IMG/VR virus record: IMGVR_UViG_3300024308_000016
Coordinates: 208,394 to 272,393 of that record
Length of the DNA stretch: 64,000 nucleotides
Direction: 5' to 3' (one strand)
The notes beneath the pieces are model-generated. The model saw nothing but the letters and a program-made list of their open reading frames with translations, was not told the DNA's origin and made no database searches. Positions 9,376 to 18,806 of the stretch are shown one piece after another. The position numbers and the translations under genes are program-made. Within the stretch, counting starts at the first letter, position 1, and every line of letters begins with the position of its first letter.

Positions 9376-10242
9376 TTAACCGGCGACGTTCTTCAGGCCG
9401 GTCAGCCGTTCAGCCATCTTGCCCACTGCGCCGATGGCTTCTTCCAGACGGTGGCGGAACACCCCCAGGAACTCGACATAATGGGCCACAGCCAAGGCAC
9501 CCTGGGCGATGGAGTTTGCCGCAGGTGCCGAGATGTTCTCGATGGCCTGTTCGTTGGAGCGCTCGATCACCAGGTTCAGGAGAGCAGAGATGTCCTTGAC
9601 GTTACCCATCACGTCCTTACGGTCGGTCTGGATGCGGACTTTGTTGACGTCCTTGGCCAGGTTGACCGTATCCACGATGTCCATGCCTTGGTCAAACACA
9701 GCGTACAGAGGCAGGACGCTGACGGTGCTCTTGGGGTTGAAGTAGCTCGCCAGCTGCTTGCGCTGCTCGTTCATCCGCCTTTCGATCCCTTGATAAACAG
9801 ACGAATAATCGCGAAGCGCCGTTTTAGCGTCGGCAGAAGAGATGAAAGCAGAAAGCGCACGACGGTAGTCCTCCAGTAGTTTGTCGCGTTCCTTGAGGAT
9901 CTCGTTGCCGGTCTCCTTGAGGAATTTCAGATAGGGTACATACTTTGCGTTCAGCCCCTGCGGCACCGCCACCAGCAGCTCGTCCATGGCGACGAAGTTC
10001 ATCGCCAGCGCGTTGTGCTCATAGGTGGAGAAGGCGCGGGTCTGCTTGTCGAAGTCAAACTCCACGTCGTCCTTGGCGGTGAATGCCCGGATGGAGTCCT
10101 CCAGATACTGGGACACCGAGGGGAAGACATTTCGAAACACATTGATCACATTGGCTGTGACCAGACCCTCCAAATTGAGGGTGTTGACCGCAGTGACGGC
10201 GGCTCGCTCGATGGGCGGGAGAGTGGAGAGTTCAATCGTCAT
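9376..10242 (-). CDS. Putative virion (head) protein (288 aa)
   Basis: Start moved to ATG 10242 after AAAGGA; helical protein divergent from uvsX, as in the phiKZ-family layout (recalled). Confidence 0.7.
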   Translation of the reverse strand: MTIELSTLPPIERAAVTAVNTLNLEGLVTANVINVFRNVFPSVSQYLEDSIRAFTAKDDVEFDFDKQTRAFSTYEHNALAMNFVAMDELLVAVPQGLNAKYVPYLKFLKETGNEILKERDKLLEDYRRALSAFISSADAKTALRDYSSVYQGIERRMNEQRKQLASYFNPKSTVSVLPLYAVFDQGMDIVDTVNLAKDVNKVRIQTDRKDVMGNVKDISALLNLVIERSNEQAIENISAPAANSIAQGALAVAHYVEFLGVFRHRLEEAIGAVGKMAERLTGLKNVAG

Positions 10243-10339
10243 TTTACGTCCTTTGCTCCCCGATTTCGGGCAGCAGAAAAATAGCTGAGGATGCCATAGT
10301 ATGGCGTAACTGACACCCCTGAGTATACAAGGAAAATCA

Positions 10340-11827
10340 ATGCAACATAAAGCAAGAGTCGCATTTCCGGTGGCCAACCAAATGCCGTCTTCGCCAAACG
10401 TTAAGGTGATGCTTAACGTCGGCGCCGGTATGGATATCCCTACCGGTCGCTGGCTGCCTGGCAAGTTCGGTGAGCAGATCCTCAATGGGGGTCTAGCCAT
10501 CGTGGAGGCCATCGCTGGCAAGGGCAACAACTTCAAGAGCACAATCTTGGAGTACAAGATGCACAAGGCGGCATCTCGTGTGGTTCGGGAGATGGATACC
10601 AACATCACCACCCACGATACCGAGGAAAACAAAGACGAAGACCGGATCACCAGTCTTTATCAGCGTATCCCGGAGTTCGCTGATCGGGACTTGTTCGCTG
10701 AAGGCGTGTACGTCATTACTGGCAAGAGCCAGCTCAAGGGCGAGCAGTGGTGGGAAAACCTCAAGGATTTCCTGGAGAACAAGAAGAAGAATGCCAAGGA
10801 CTTGATGGTCGAGACGCCGTTTCTCATGCGGGACCGCGTCACACGCCTGAAGATCATGCAGCCGACGTTCTCGCTGGTGGATTCCATCTCCGAGTTCGAG
10901 ACATCGGACGTCTCCAAGATCCTCGACGAGAACGTGATCGGTGACTCCGCGGGCAACATGGTCCACATGCGCGCAGGTCTTGCCAAGACGCGATTCCTGA
11001 TGGAGTACCCCACTCAGGGCATCGCCAACCAGCACTACCTGACCATGGCTGGTCACTGGGGCAAGGACGGCATGATCGCACAGGGTCCGCACTCGGCGCC
11101 TCCGGAGAAGAAGATGAACTCCATGCCCCAAGGCGAGAAGGTCAAGGGCGTGCCGGACAAGTTCTACTACCTGATCCACTGGGCTGGTCTGGCCACGGGC
11201 TCTCGACTGCACCTGAACAAGGATACACGGGCATGCGACTACCCCGCTGATGAGCACGACAAGGAAAAGGGTCACACCGACCTGTGGCTGGTGCCCATCA
11301 CCACTCTGCGCTCGAAGTTCGGGTCGTCTAGCTGGTCATTCAACCTGCTGATCTCCCAAGCCGAAGGTGTGCAGCCTGGTCTGACCGAGTTTCACATGCT
11401 CAAGGAGTCCAGGTATGGCCTGGATGGTAACCTGATCAACTACTGGTGCGATCTGATCCCAGATGTGAAACTGTCGCGCTCTGTGATCCGCGGCAAGATC
11501 AACACCAACGCCAAGCTGCGTCGTGCGATCAACATCTGTTCGGAAATGTACCAGATGACGATCTTTCACCGGGACATCCGCTACGAGATCCCATCTCCCA
11601 AGGAGCTGTACGAAAAGCTCAAAGCCGCCGGCTACGACTGGGACATGATCTTGGGCCGCACTCGTGGCTGGTGGAAGCCCAACAACGAGAGCCATCCACT
11701 GCTGTTCTTGTCGACAATGGACCTTATCAATATGGCGGCTGGCAAATACCATCCATATTGGTTGGAAGATGACAAGAAGACGATCAAACCTGAATACATC
11801 GTCGACGAGCCATACGAGTTCGTGTAA
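10340..11827 (+). CDS. uvsX: UvsX/RecA-like recombinase
   Basis: NVGAGMDIPTG...LNGG...AGKGNNFKST (phiKZ-type Walker A) and LVDSISEF Walker B; 495 aa. Confidence 0.85.
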   Translation: MQHKARVAFPVANQMPSSPNVKVMLNVGAGMDIPTGRWLPGKFGEQILNGGLAIVEAIAGKGNNFKSTILEYKMHKAASRVVREMDTNITTHDTEENKDEDRITSLYQRIPEFADRDLFAEGVYVITGKSQLKGEQWWENLKDFLENKKKNAKDLMVETPFLMRDRVTRLKIMQPTFSLVDSISEFETSDVSKILDENVIGDSAGNMVHMRAGLAKTRFLMEYPTQGIANQHYLTMAGHWGKDGMIAQGPHSAPPEKKMNSMPQGEKVKGVPDKFYYLIHWAGLATGSRLHLNKDTRACDYPADEHDKEKGHTDLWLVPITTLRSKFGSSSWSFNLLISQAEGVQPGLTEFHMLKESRYGLDGNLINYWCDLIPDVKLSRSVIRGKINTNAKLRRAINICSEMYQMTIFHRDIRYEIPSPKELYEKLKAAGYDWDMILGRTRGWWKPNNESHPLLFLSTMDLINMAAGKYHPYWLEDDKKTIKPEYIVDEPYEFV

Positions 11828-11845
11828 CTCCATCCACCACCATGC

Positions 11846-11865
11846 CCTAGAGCTTCGGCTCTAGG
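11846..11865 (+). terminator. UUCG-capped hairpin after uvsX
   Basis: CCTAGAGC-TTCG-GCTCTAGG; no U tract. Confidence 0.55.
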
Positions 11866-11908
11866 ACATATGGTGCCTCTTTGTTTACTCTCAGTTAGGG
11901 AATCCCAA

Positions 11909-12271
11909 ATGTCGGAACTCAAAAACAACTATGAAGCGGGCGTGGCTCTGTACCACGAACCCAAGCCCGAAAACGATCGGGACCTGGTCAAGGAAGTGCG
12001 CGGCATCTTCAAGGACGCCGGCGTCTCCGAGGAAGGCCTCAAGCGCAACTACGATGAGCACCGCCATATCGCCACCAGCGTGGACAAGGTCTCGGTCGTG
12101 CAGCAAGTCATGATCAACCGCTACATGGACGTGACGCTCAAGCGCAGCCCCAAGAGCACCATCCAGCTGCGCGCGGAACTCCTGGCCAATGGCAATATCG
12201 ACAACTGGGTCGGCCAGGTCAAGAACAAGATCGCTCCCTTCATGACCGAGACTCGGCTGCTGGAGCGATGA
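11909..12271 (+). CDS. Hypothetical protein (120 aa)
   Basis: ATG 11909 after AGGGA; strong codon bias; ATGA-coupled to the RNAP subunit gene. Confidence 0.8.
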   Translation: MSELKNNYEAGVALYHEPKPENDRDLVKEVRGIFKDAGVSEEGLKRNYDEHRHIATSVDKVSVVQQVMINRYMDVTLKRSPKSTIQLRAELLANGNIDNWVGQVKNKIAPFMTETRLLER

Positions 12272-12927
12272 ACCGCAAGGCCTTTGAGAAGGTCGTCCTG
12301 TCGGGCATCCAGGAGCTCACGCGCAGCAAAGAAAACGTGGCGTTTTACCAAAACCTGTTTGCGTCCATGAACGACAAGCAGTTGGCGGTGTTCGTCAACG
12401 ATCTGAAGGAGCGTCGTAAGCGCCTGTCGATCATCGTACCTAACTTTTCGGAAAGTCCCTCCAATGAGGAGATCAAGGACTTTGGCAAGAAGATCGGCTA
12501 CGAGCCTATGGAGCAGCTATACGTGGAAGGCCAAGACGGCAAGCCCACGTACCTGACTCCGGTGGCTTTTTTGATCCTGATGATCCCGGTGCGGCGAGCT
12601 TCACAGCTGCTGACCAAAAAGATCAGCGTCCCCCCACACACCAAGGTGCGGGACATATTGACTGGCCAAGTCACTGGCGAGTCCAAAGGCACACGGGTCT
12701 CTGGCCCTGAAGTGCAGATCTTGGCTGGCATGGGCGCGACAGCGTCAGCCATCGAGATGATGAAGTTCCGAGGCGGCGACTTGCGGGGCGAGGCTGCTTT
12801 GGTGGCGATGCTCTCCAAGTACGGCAGGGCCAGCCAAGAGGTGCTGGACAACTTCTCGTCTGGCGTGCAAGCGAAGACCGCTCTTCGCACTTATCTGACT
12901 GCAGCAATGCATAGGACCAACTTGTGA
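12268..12927 (+). CDS. rpoB: Virion RNA polymerase beta subunit, C-terminal fragment (phiKZ gp149-like)
   Basis: LTGQVTGESKGTRVSGPEVQILAG...EMMKFRGGD aligns by eye with the RpoB C-terminus ([24 protein letters not shown]...LTVKSDD). Confidence 0.82.
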   Translation: MNRKAFEKVVLSGIQELTRSKENVAFYQNLFASMNDKQLAVFVNDLKERRKRLSIIVPNFSESPSNEEIKDFGKKIGYEPMEQLYVEGQDGKPTYLTPVAFLILMIPVRRASQLLTKKISVPPHTKVRDILTGQVTGESKGTRVSGPEVQILAGMGATASAIEMMKFRGGDLRGEAALVAMLSKYGRASQEVLDNFSSGVQAKTALRTYLTAAMHRTNL

Positions 12928-13772
12928 TCGAAGGAAAACCATCGCAGATTGGAGCGATGCTGATATCTCTGGACTGTGTCTTGGACACAGTCCAGGGTAC
13001 ATTGGCTGCCATCTCTCCGACACTCTACGCTACCAACGCAGCCAAGGGCTACTTCAGCCGCCTAAGAGATGAGTTCGAAGGCATCTCCAAGGAAGACTTC
13101 CAAAAGGCGTACGCCAATCGAGGAGCCAAGGAGCTAATGCTCTCGACCGCCACACCGGCGCTCGCACTGATCATCGACTTTGTCAAGAAGGTCAACACCC
13201 TATCCATCCACTCCCCAGTGGCTATGGTCCCGAGGGTGGATGTGAACTTCTTTCCCTTCATGCCGCCTGAGCATGTCCGGGAATCCATCCTGATGGCGAT
13301 TCGCGCGCATGTCAAAGAGCGTTTTGACCTGAATGCGATTTGTGTGGACCCCAAACACATCACGTTCGACTACGTGCGGGTGAACTACGACCATATCGTC
13401 ATGTACGATCTGGGTCCGTGGCTGGAAGCGCAGGTGCAGGATGGCAAACTCGAACGCGCCATACCGAACGTCACGCTGATGGGGCCCATCATCAACCGCA
13501 GTGACGAAGAGCTCACGCTCGATGAACTGCACAACCGAGCAATGGTCGCAGGAGAGGACTTTGCACCCTTGTTCAACCTTGTGCTCATTCCGCTGGAAGC
13601 ATTTTGCAGCGCTATGAATCCCAATCGCATCAAACCCCCACCGCCCAGAGCCGAAGCTCCGAGCAGTGGGGATGTGTCAAAATCGGACCAAGAAGATATA
13701 CCTAATGAGGTTTTGCCTGCAAATGAGGCCGAGCCGACAGATGAGGATATCTTCGGGCCGCAGTTCAGTTAA
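12924..13772 (+). CDS. Hypothetical protein, possibly degenerate HAD-like fold
   Basis: GTG start coupled to the previous stop; ISLDCVLDT resembles HAD motif I; acidic/Pro-rich tail. Confidence 0.7.
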   Translation: MIEGKPSQIGAMLISLDCVLDTVQGTLAAISPTLYATNAAKGYFSRLRDEFEGISKEDFQKAYANRGAKELMLSTATPALALIIDFVKKVNTLSIHSPVAMVPRVDVNFFPFMPPEHVRESILMAIRAHVKERFDLNAICVDPKHITFDYVRVNYDHIVMYDLGPWLEAQVQDGKLERAIPNVTLMGPIINRSDEELTLDELHNRAMVAGEDFAPLFNLVLIPLEAFCSAMNPNRIKPPPPRAEAPSSGDVSKSDQEDIPNEVLPANEAEPTDEDIFGPQFS

Positions 13773-14215
13773 GCGGTGATCTTGATCGATTCGTCAGCCA
13801 AGATGGCCGCCGTGTCGATTGGCTGAGTGCCGATGTGAGACATGCCTGGCACTTCCTCGAACTCCTCGTCTACCAAGACCTCCCTGATGCCGCCTGCCGG
13901 CATCGGGGGGCGTTGACGCAGCACGTCTGCCGTGCTTTGCGCGATTGCGATGGCCAGCGCTTCCTGAGACTGGGCCTGCTTCTCGGTGCTCTTGATGCGC
14001 TTGACGCCAATCGCCGCACCAGACATGTCCTTCAATGCCGCCAGGAAGAAGATTCGATCTTCCTTGTCCTTGGGCATCTTGCCATCTTCACCGATTATGT
14101 CTTCAACAAACTTCTTGCGCAGATCCTGGGTATACTGGATCAAGCGATCGTTTTCATCCGTCTCCTCGGTAGCCGCCGATTGGCGGATGGGAGCATTGCT
14201 GCTTTGGTCTGACAT
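13769..14215 (-). CDS. Hypothetical protein (148 aa)
   Basis: GGAG SD, helical ORF, convergent overlap with the previous gene. Confidence 0.75.
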   Translation of the reverse strand: MSDQSSNAPIRQSAATEETDENDRLIQYTQDLRKKFVEDIIGEDGKMPKDKEDRIFFLAALKDMSGAAIGVKRIKSTEKQAQSQEALAIAIAQSTADVLRQRPPMPAGGIREVLVDEEFEEVPGMSHIGTQPIDTAAILADESIKITA

Positions 14216-14253
14216 AGGTGGGCTCCTTAATGCCGTTTTGAAAAGTGTTCAGG

Positions 14254-14273
14254 CACTTACACCTTACTTGAGG
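14254..14273 (+). promoter_or_regulatory. Conserved 20-bp motif, copy 1 (candidate phage promoter)
   Basis: CACTTACACCTTACTTGAGG; matches four other intergenic copies. Confidence 0.7.
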
Positions 14274-14315
14274 ACACAGCCCGTTGTTTCTTGTCTCAAG
14301 GAGGAGTATCATGGC

Positions 14316-14780
14316 CTGACGCATATTGAAACCATCTCACCAGCCCACGAAGAGCTGGCGTACTTATTAGCGAAGATTGACGTCTCGCAAATTCGGACGT
14401 ATAGCTCACTGGATAATACGTCGGCTACCACGGTCTACGGAAAAAACATAGAGACGCACACTACGTTCATTGGCGAGATCACCGCCGTGATCGGCAAGGG
14501 AAAGGCCGTGACTCGTAAAAAGGTCAGAGAAGCCGAGCATCTATACAACGACCGGGACTACTTCATCTCACAGGACGGATTCATCATTGATCGCCACTTT
14601 GCACTGGAGCGCTTGTTCCTGCGCATGCAGTTGCTGATCGATGCATACGCCCGGCTTTTGGCAAGTGCCGATGACTCCATCACCGCTACTCATAACAGGG
14701 AGCTGGTGGCGCCGATCATTGATAACTGCCTGAAGATGGTCAAATCTATCCAACTTAAACCAAATGGCACAAGCTACTGA
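14316..14780 (+). CDS. Hypothetical protein with probable non-ATG start (CTG 14316)
   Basis: Open frame downstream of a strong AAGGAGGAG SD; the only nearby ATG (14311) is out of frame and reads M-A-stop. Confidence 0.55.
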   Translation: MTHIETISPAHEELAYLLAKIDVSQIRTYSSLDNTSATTVYGKNIETHTTFIGEITAVIGKGKAVTRKKVREAEHLYNDRDYFISQDGFIIDRHFALERLFLRMQLLIDAYARLLASADDSITATHNRELVAPIIDNCLKMVKSIQLKPNGTSY

Positions 14781-15528
14781 TTTTCGTGATATCCGCACGG
14801 GAGAGCCGGATGCAGTGCTGGCTGGCATATGGCGCCAGATCATGCGCAACTACGGAATGGACTTTGCCCGCTTGGACGATCTGGTCACAGATTACTCCAA
14901 GATGATGACGTTCATGACGCCGGAGAAACAAAGCCAGTATCGTGGCAATGTTTTATCCGATCTCAAGAGCGAGAAGATGACCTGGGGGACCTTCCTTCGG
15001 GGTATCCGTTGCTTGAAGATGCAGAAGATGGATTTCATCCTTCACCTGCACCATTTGCAGTACATCACCGAGCATACGCTGGTCAAGGAGTTTGCGCCTC
15101 CTGAGGTGGACATCGACTTGCCGCTGCCTAATGGCGACAAGCCTCCCACCGAGCTGTACTACCTGTATACTTCGATCCGTCATGATCTTGGTATATCGGT
15201 GGCTGACACCCAGCAGCTGCTCACCAAGTACATGATCCGCTGTCAGATACCACTGACACACAAGAACAAGACCAGTGTCCGGGGAAACATCAAGAAGGAC
15301 TTATTTGGGGAACGCCTATCATGGGCCTCCCTGATACGAGGCTTGAACTTCCTGGAGATTGTCAAGTTCGATGTAGAGATCGTCCTGTATCCGAAGAAAG
15401 GCAAAAGCACCCGACATCGTCGCACTATCATTTTGAATGACCCGCACGATCTTAGGGAAGAGCTCGAAGCCATCAACGAGAGAAAGGACGCAAATGACAC
15501 TCAACTCAAACCAGCTACCCCTACTTGA
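14764..15528 (+). CDS. Hypothetical protein with two internal repeats (254 aa)
   Basis: RGNVLSDLKSEKMTWGTFLRGIRCL and RGNIKKDLFGERLSWASLIRGLNFL. Confidence 0.8.
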   Translation: MAQATDFRDIRTGEPDAVLAGIWRQIMRNYGMDFARLDDLVTDYSKMMTFMTPEKQSQYRGNVLSDLKSEKMTWGTFLRGIRCLKMQKMDFILHLHHLQYITEHTLVKEFAPPEVDIDLPLPNGDKPPTELYYLYTSIRHDLGISVADTQQLLTKYMIRCQIPLTHKNKTSVRGNIKKDLFGERLSWASLIRGLNFLEIVKFDVEIVLYPKKGKSTRHRRTIILNDPHDLREELEAINERKDANDTQLKPATPT

Positions 15529-16018
15529 CCGCGTCGTCAAGGAAGCCAACGATCTGATCTCGCAACATCTGAAGCTGATGATCTCGTTGAGCTCCACTGA
15601 GAACGATAAAGCTCTCAGCATTGTACGTATCTTGGTAAGCATGACCATAGAAACCGGACCGTCCATGTTCTTCAGTGAGCAAAACATCCGGGATCTGGAA
15701 GACCATGTCGACAAGAACATGGCTTTCCGGTCGCTTGTTGATAAAGTTGCAGGCCGTGTCTGCGACTTGTTGGTGTTCTCGGGGTCTTCGCACCGCGCGT
15801 TCTCCAACAGCATCATCGAGGGCTTCATAGCCAAGGAGCAGCCAGCGACAGAAAGCAGCTCCGGCACCTGGCCCGGTATGTTCCGTGATGACGAAGGGAA
15901 ATTCCTTTGTGCTCGTGAGAACTTCTGGATCATCTGCCTGTACATCGTTACCAGTACCTTTCACTACGCTAACTGGCACGACCAGTTCGACGTTTTGGAA
16001 ACACCGCCTTCTAATTGA
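15494..16018 (+). CDS. Hypothetical protein (174 aa)
   Basis: ATG 15494 after GAAAGGA. Confidence 0.7.
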   Translation: MTLNSNQLPLLDRVVKEANDLISQHLKLMISLSSTENDKALSIVRILVSMTIETGPSMFFSEQNIRDLEDHVDKNMAFRSLVDKVAGRVCDLLVFSGSSHRAFSNSIIEGFIAKEQPATESSSGTWPGMFRDDEGKFLCARENFWIICLYIVTSTFHYANWHDQFDVLETPPSN

Positions 16019-16030
16019 AAGACTCGACAA

Positions 16031-17593
16031 ATGGCACTCGCTGACAACATCTCTCGCCGCAACAAGAACAATGGCGCTCGCAAGAGCGAAGCGGCTGTGG
16101 AACGCCTGCTGGATCTGGACGCACGCAAGAGCCAGGGCATGTACCATGATGCATCGGCCGGCATCTATCGCCAAGCGCCTGCGTGGACATCAACTACGCC
16201 GCTGGATGAATCGATCCGTCATCTGAACATCAGCCTGAGCAGCCGCTCGGACCTGGGCAAGGCCCTGGATCCGGAGTTCAACCTGGAATGGGAGCACCCG
16301 GACTTTGGCCGTTTCATGAGCCTGAAGGCCTTTTGGCATTATGTGCTGGGCAGGGAAGCAGACAACCGCATTCGCATGCTTCGGTCCCGGGAACTGCGTG
16401 AGTTTGCGGCCAATCGGCGTGGCACGCTCGACCGCAACAAGATCCCCAACTTCCAGGCGCTGATCCTCAAGGCAGCCTACGACCGCATCACATCGCTGCC
16501 GGGGCTGTACAAGCTGGTCATGGACTCCAACCTCCCGTTTGAGAACTACATTCCTGGCACTCGGGACAGCGGCGCTCGCCGTGCCGATCATGCCAGTTGG
16601 TTTATTCCGGGCATGGAGATCATCCGCTTTGCACTGATCAAGGGCGAGCATCCGGACTTCACGGACTTCCTGAATTCCCAAGAGACCTACGATGACATCG
16701 TTCGTCAGCTCAAGAGCCGTGAAGTTGTGGATGTGCCCAAGGTCGCATCCATCCCCAACCTGTCGCAGTTCCTGAGCCACGGACCCGCGGCCAACGATCC
16801 CAAGGTCCCCAGGGCCAAGGGCGTCAAGGCCGCTCCTGCCCAAACCCCCAAGGCAAAGCCTACCCAGCCCAGGGCAGCCAAGCCAGCGGGCCCCATGTCC
16901 ACCCTGGCGGCCAAGGACGTGATGGACTGGGTCGATCGCGGCGGCTATATCGCAGGTCAAAAGCCCGACCCCAAAGCAGCCAAGTCTGCCGACAAGAAGG
17001 GACCCAAGCCCGCGCCTGTGAAAACCAAGGAAGACCGTATGGTCGAGATCAAGACCTACATCAACACCCTGGACGGCGCCTACCCGGTGGCCATCGTGAC
17101 GTTCGAAGAACGCGCACATGCCATCCGCTTCATCTTCGGGGCGATGGACAAGCTGGCCAAGGCCAACAGCAATGAGCTGGATGTGGATCTGGGCGGCGGA
17201 ACGCTGTACATGGGTGACGCCATGGAAGGTGTGCAAGCCAATGACGGCACCACCAAGGTCGTGATCTATGATCACAACGGCCAGACCAACCTCATGCGTC
17301 TGCAGGACGGCTCCTTCGACAACCCCTTCAATGACTCGATCCAGATCGGGCTGGAGTTGCCTGAAGGCGAGGACCTGCTGGACTATGTGGTCAATGAGTC
17401 GCGGTGCCCGGCTAGCTTCATCCATCACTGGCGTCGGCCCCAGTCCAGGAAGGAAGCAACGCTGATCGACGAGGAGAAATTCCGTCGTGAATGCCTGAAG
17501 ATCGCCCAAGAAGCGGGCGCGCCAGAAGCTGTGGCTGCGGTGCTGGATGTGGAACCTGTCAGCGAACCCACTGCTGAGCCTGCTGCCGAGTAA
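16031..17593 (+). CDS. Protein with N-terminal NADAR-like (T4 30.3/YbiA-like) domain, Pro/Lys/Ala-rich linker and unknown C-terminal domain
   Basis: HLNISLSSRSDLGKAL...HPDFGRFMSLKAFWHYV...NFQALILKA...SNLPFENY resembles the phage NADAR pattern (by eye). Confidence 0.55.
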   Translation: MALADNISRRNKNNGARKSEAAVERLLDLDARKSQGMYHDASAGIYRQAPAWTSTTPLDESIRHLNISLSSRSDLGKALDPEFNLEWEHPDFGRFMSLKAFWHYVLGREADNRIRMLRSRELREFAANRRGTLDRNKIPNFQALILKAAYDRITSLPGLYKLVMDSNLPFENYIPGTRDSGARRADHASWFIPGMEIIRFALIKGEHPDFTDFLNSQETYDDIVRQLKSREVVDVPKVASIPNLSQFLSHGPAANDPKVPRAKGVKAAPAQTPKAKPTQPRAAKPAGPMSTLAAKDVMDWVDRGGYIAGQKPDPKAAKSADKKGPKPAPVKTKEDRMVEIKTYINTLDGAYPVAIVTFEERAHAIRFIFGAMDKLAKANSNELDVDLGGGTLYMGDAMEGVQANDGTTKVVIYDHNGQTNLMRLQDGSFDNPFNDSIQIGLELPEGEDLLDYVVNESRCPASFIHHWRRPQSRKEATLIDEEKFRRECLKIAQEAGAPEAVAAVLDVEPVSEPTAEPAAE

Positions 17594-17609
17594 TCGGTAA
17601 CTACCACTT

Positions 17610-17656
17610 CCCCAGACGCCTTCGGGCGTCTGGGGGAGAGGCTCTCTTTTTTTTTT
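17610..17656 (+). terminator. Intrinsic terminator
   Basis: CCCCAGACGCC-TTCG-GGCGTCTGGGG followed by a long T tract. Confidence 0.85.
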
Positions 17657-17693
17657 GTCCCGATGCTATGACTTATTTGAATAGGAGTGTATA

Positions 17694-18746
17694 ATGATCC
17701 CAGCACAGCGGATGCAGTTTCTGGACAAAGAAACCAACGTCGGCTTGGTCGACCCTCTGAAGGTCAAAGCCAATGACATCCTGAACGTCGCAACCAACCA
17801 GCTCAACGAGATCACCTCGGGACTGGCGGACTTTATCAAGAACATCCAGCAGCAAGCATCAGCTCCGGCAGGTATGCTGCAAAGCCTGCTGGATCAAGGC
17901 ATACGCCTGACACGCGATGCCTTCAGTGCTATGAGCGACATCTCCAAGCTCAACCCCCGAGCCATCGAGTCAGCCATCGCATCCATGCTGCCAGGAAATG
18001 CAGCAGTGCAAAACGCCTTCAAGAACATCACTGCCCAGTGTCGCAACAAGGGTCTGGGAACCAACTCAGGCTTCAAGCCCTACAACGACTCGTTCGGCTG
18101 CGGCAAGGGCCAAGGCGCTTGCAACAGCTCTGAGGTACGGGGATTGCTCGACAAGATCACTGGGGGCGCGGCTTCTCAGTTCACCCGTTCCCTGAACTCC
18201 ATGCTCAAGAGTGTGTTGGCTCTTGGCCGAATGGGCTATGACGCAGGTCTGTGCAAGGTGTTCGGTGAACTCATCAAGGGCATGCCTGGTAACATCGTCC
18301 AGCGCGGCGCAGCTGGCTTGCTTGGCCTGATGGGCTCCAATGGCAATACCTCGGCTGTACTGGACATCACTGCCAACATGGGAAATGCCATCCCCAGCTT
18401 GGAGATCCCGGGACTGGTCGGCATCGCCATGAGCAACTTCACCACGCCCAAGAACTACAACCCCAACACCTTCTCGGATCTTGCCGACGGCTATATGACT
18501 GCGATGGATGGGATCCAGCCCGGCTGGAACAAGACAGCCGATGGCATGACCACCATGGCCAACGTAGGTGATACCCGCAGTGGCGACTTCATGAATGTGC
18601 TGGACAACGTGTGCTCGCGTACTCCGTTTGATCCGGACGATCTGACCGGTGTGGTGGGTGGTCCACTCGACGCCTTCACCGGTGCTTACAAGTCGGTCTC
18701 CTCTGTCAAAGGTCTGACCAGTGGTCTGAGCTCTTTGTTTGGCTAA
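17694..18746 (+). CDS. Putative virion structural protein (350 aa)
   Basis: AGGAG SD; Gly/Ala/Asn-rich with a small Cys cluster; adjacent to the tail module. Confidence 0.7.
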   Translation: MIPAQRMQFLDKETNVGLVDPLKVKANDILNVATNQLNEITSGLADFIKNIQQQASAPAGMLQSLLDQGIRLTRDAFSAMSDISKLNPRAIESAIASMLPGNAAVQNAFKNITAQCRNKGLGTNSGFKPYNDSFGCGKGQGACNSSEVRGLLDKITGGAASQFTRSLNSMLKSVLALGRMGYDAGLCKVFGELIKGMPGNIVQRGAAGLLGLMGSNGNTSAVLDITANMGNAIPSLEIPGLVGIAMSNFTTPKNYNPNTFSDLADGYMTAMDGIQPGWNKTADGMTTMANVGDTRSGDFMNVLDNVCSRTPFDPDDLTGVVGGPLDAFTGAYKSVSSVKGLTSGLSSLFG

Positions 18747-18761
18747 AGCGCCATACATACT

Positions 18762-18794
18762 CCACTACCCGCCCCTTTCGGGGACGGGTAGTGG
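18762..18794. terminator. Hairpin between convergent genes
   Basis: CCACTACCCGCCCC-TTTC-GGGGACGGGTAGTGG; loop is GAAA on the - strand. Confidence 0.7.
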
Positions 18795-18806
18795 GTATAT
18801 GCCGTG

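Noticed and set aside
10340-11827. Non-canonical Walker A (GKGNNFKS) in UvsX as a novelty
   Set aside because: As recalled, this variant is usual for phiKZ-family recombinases.
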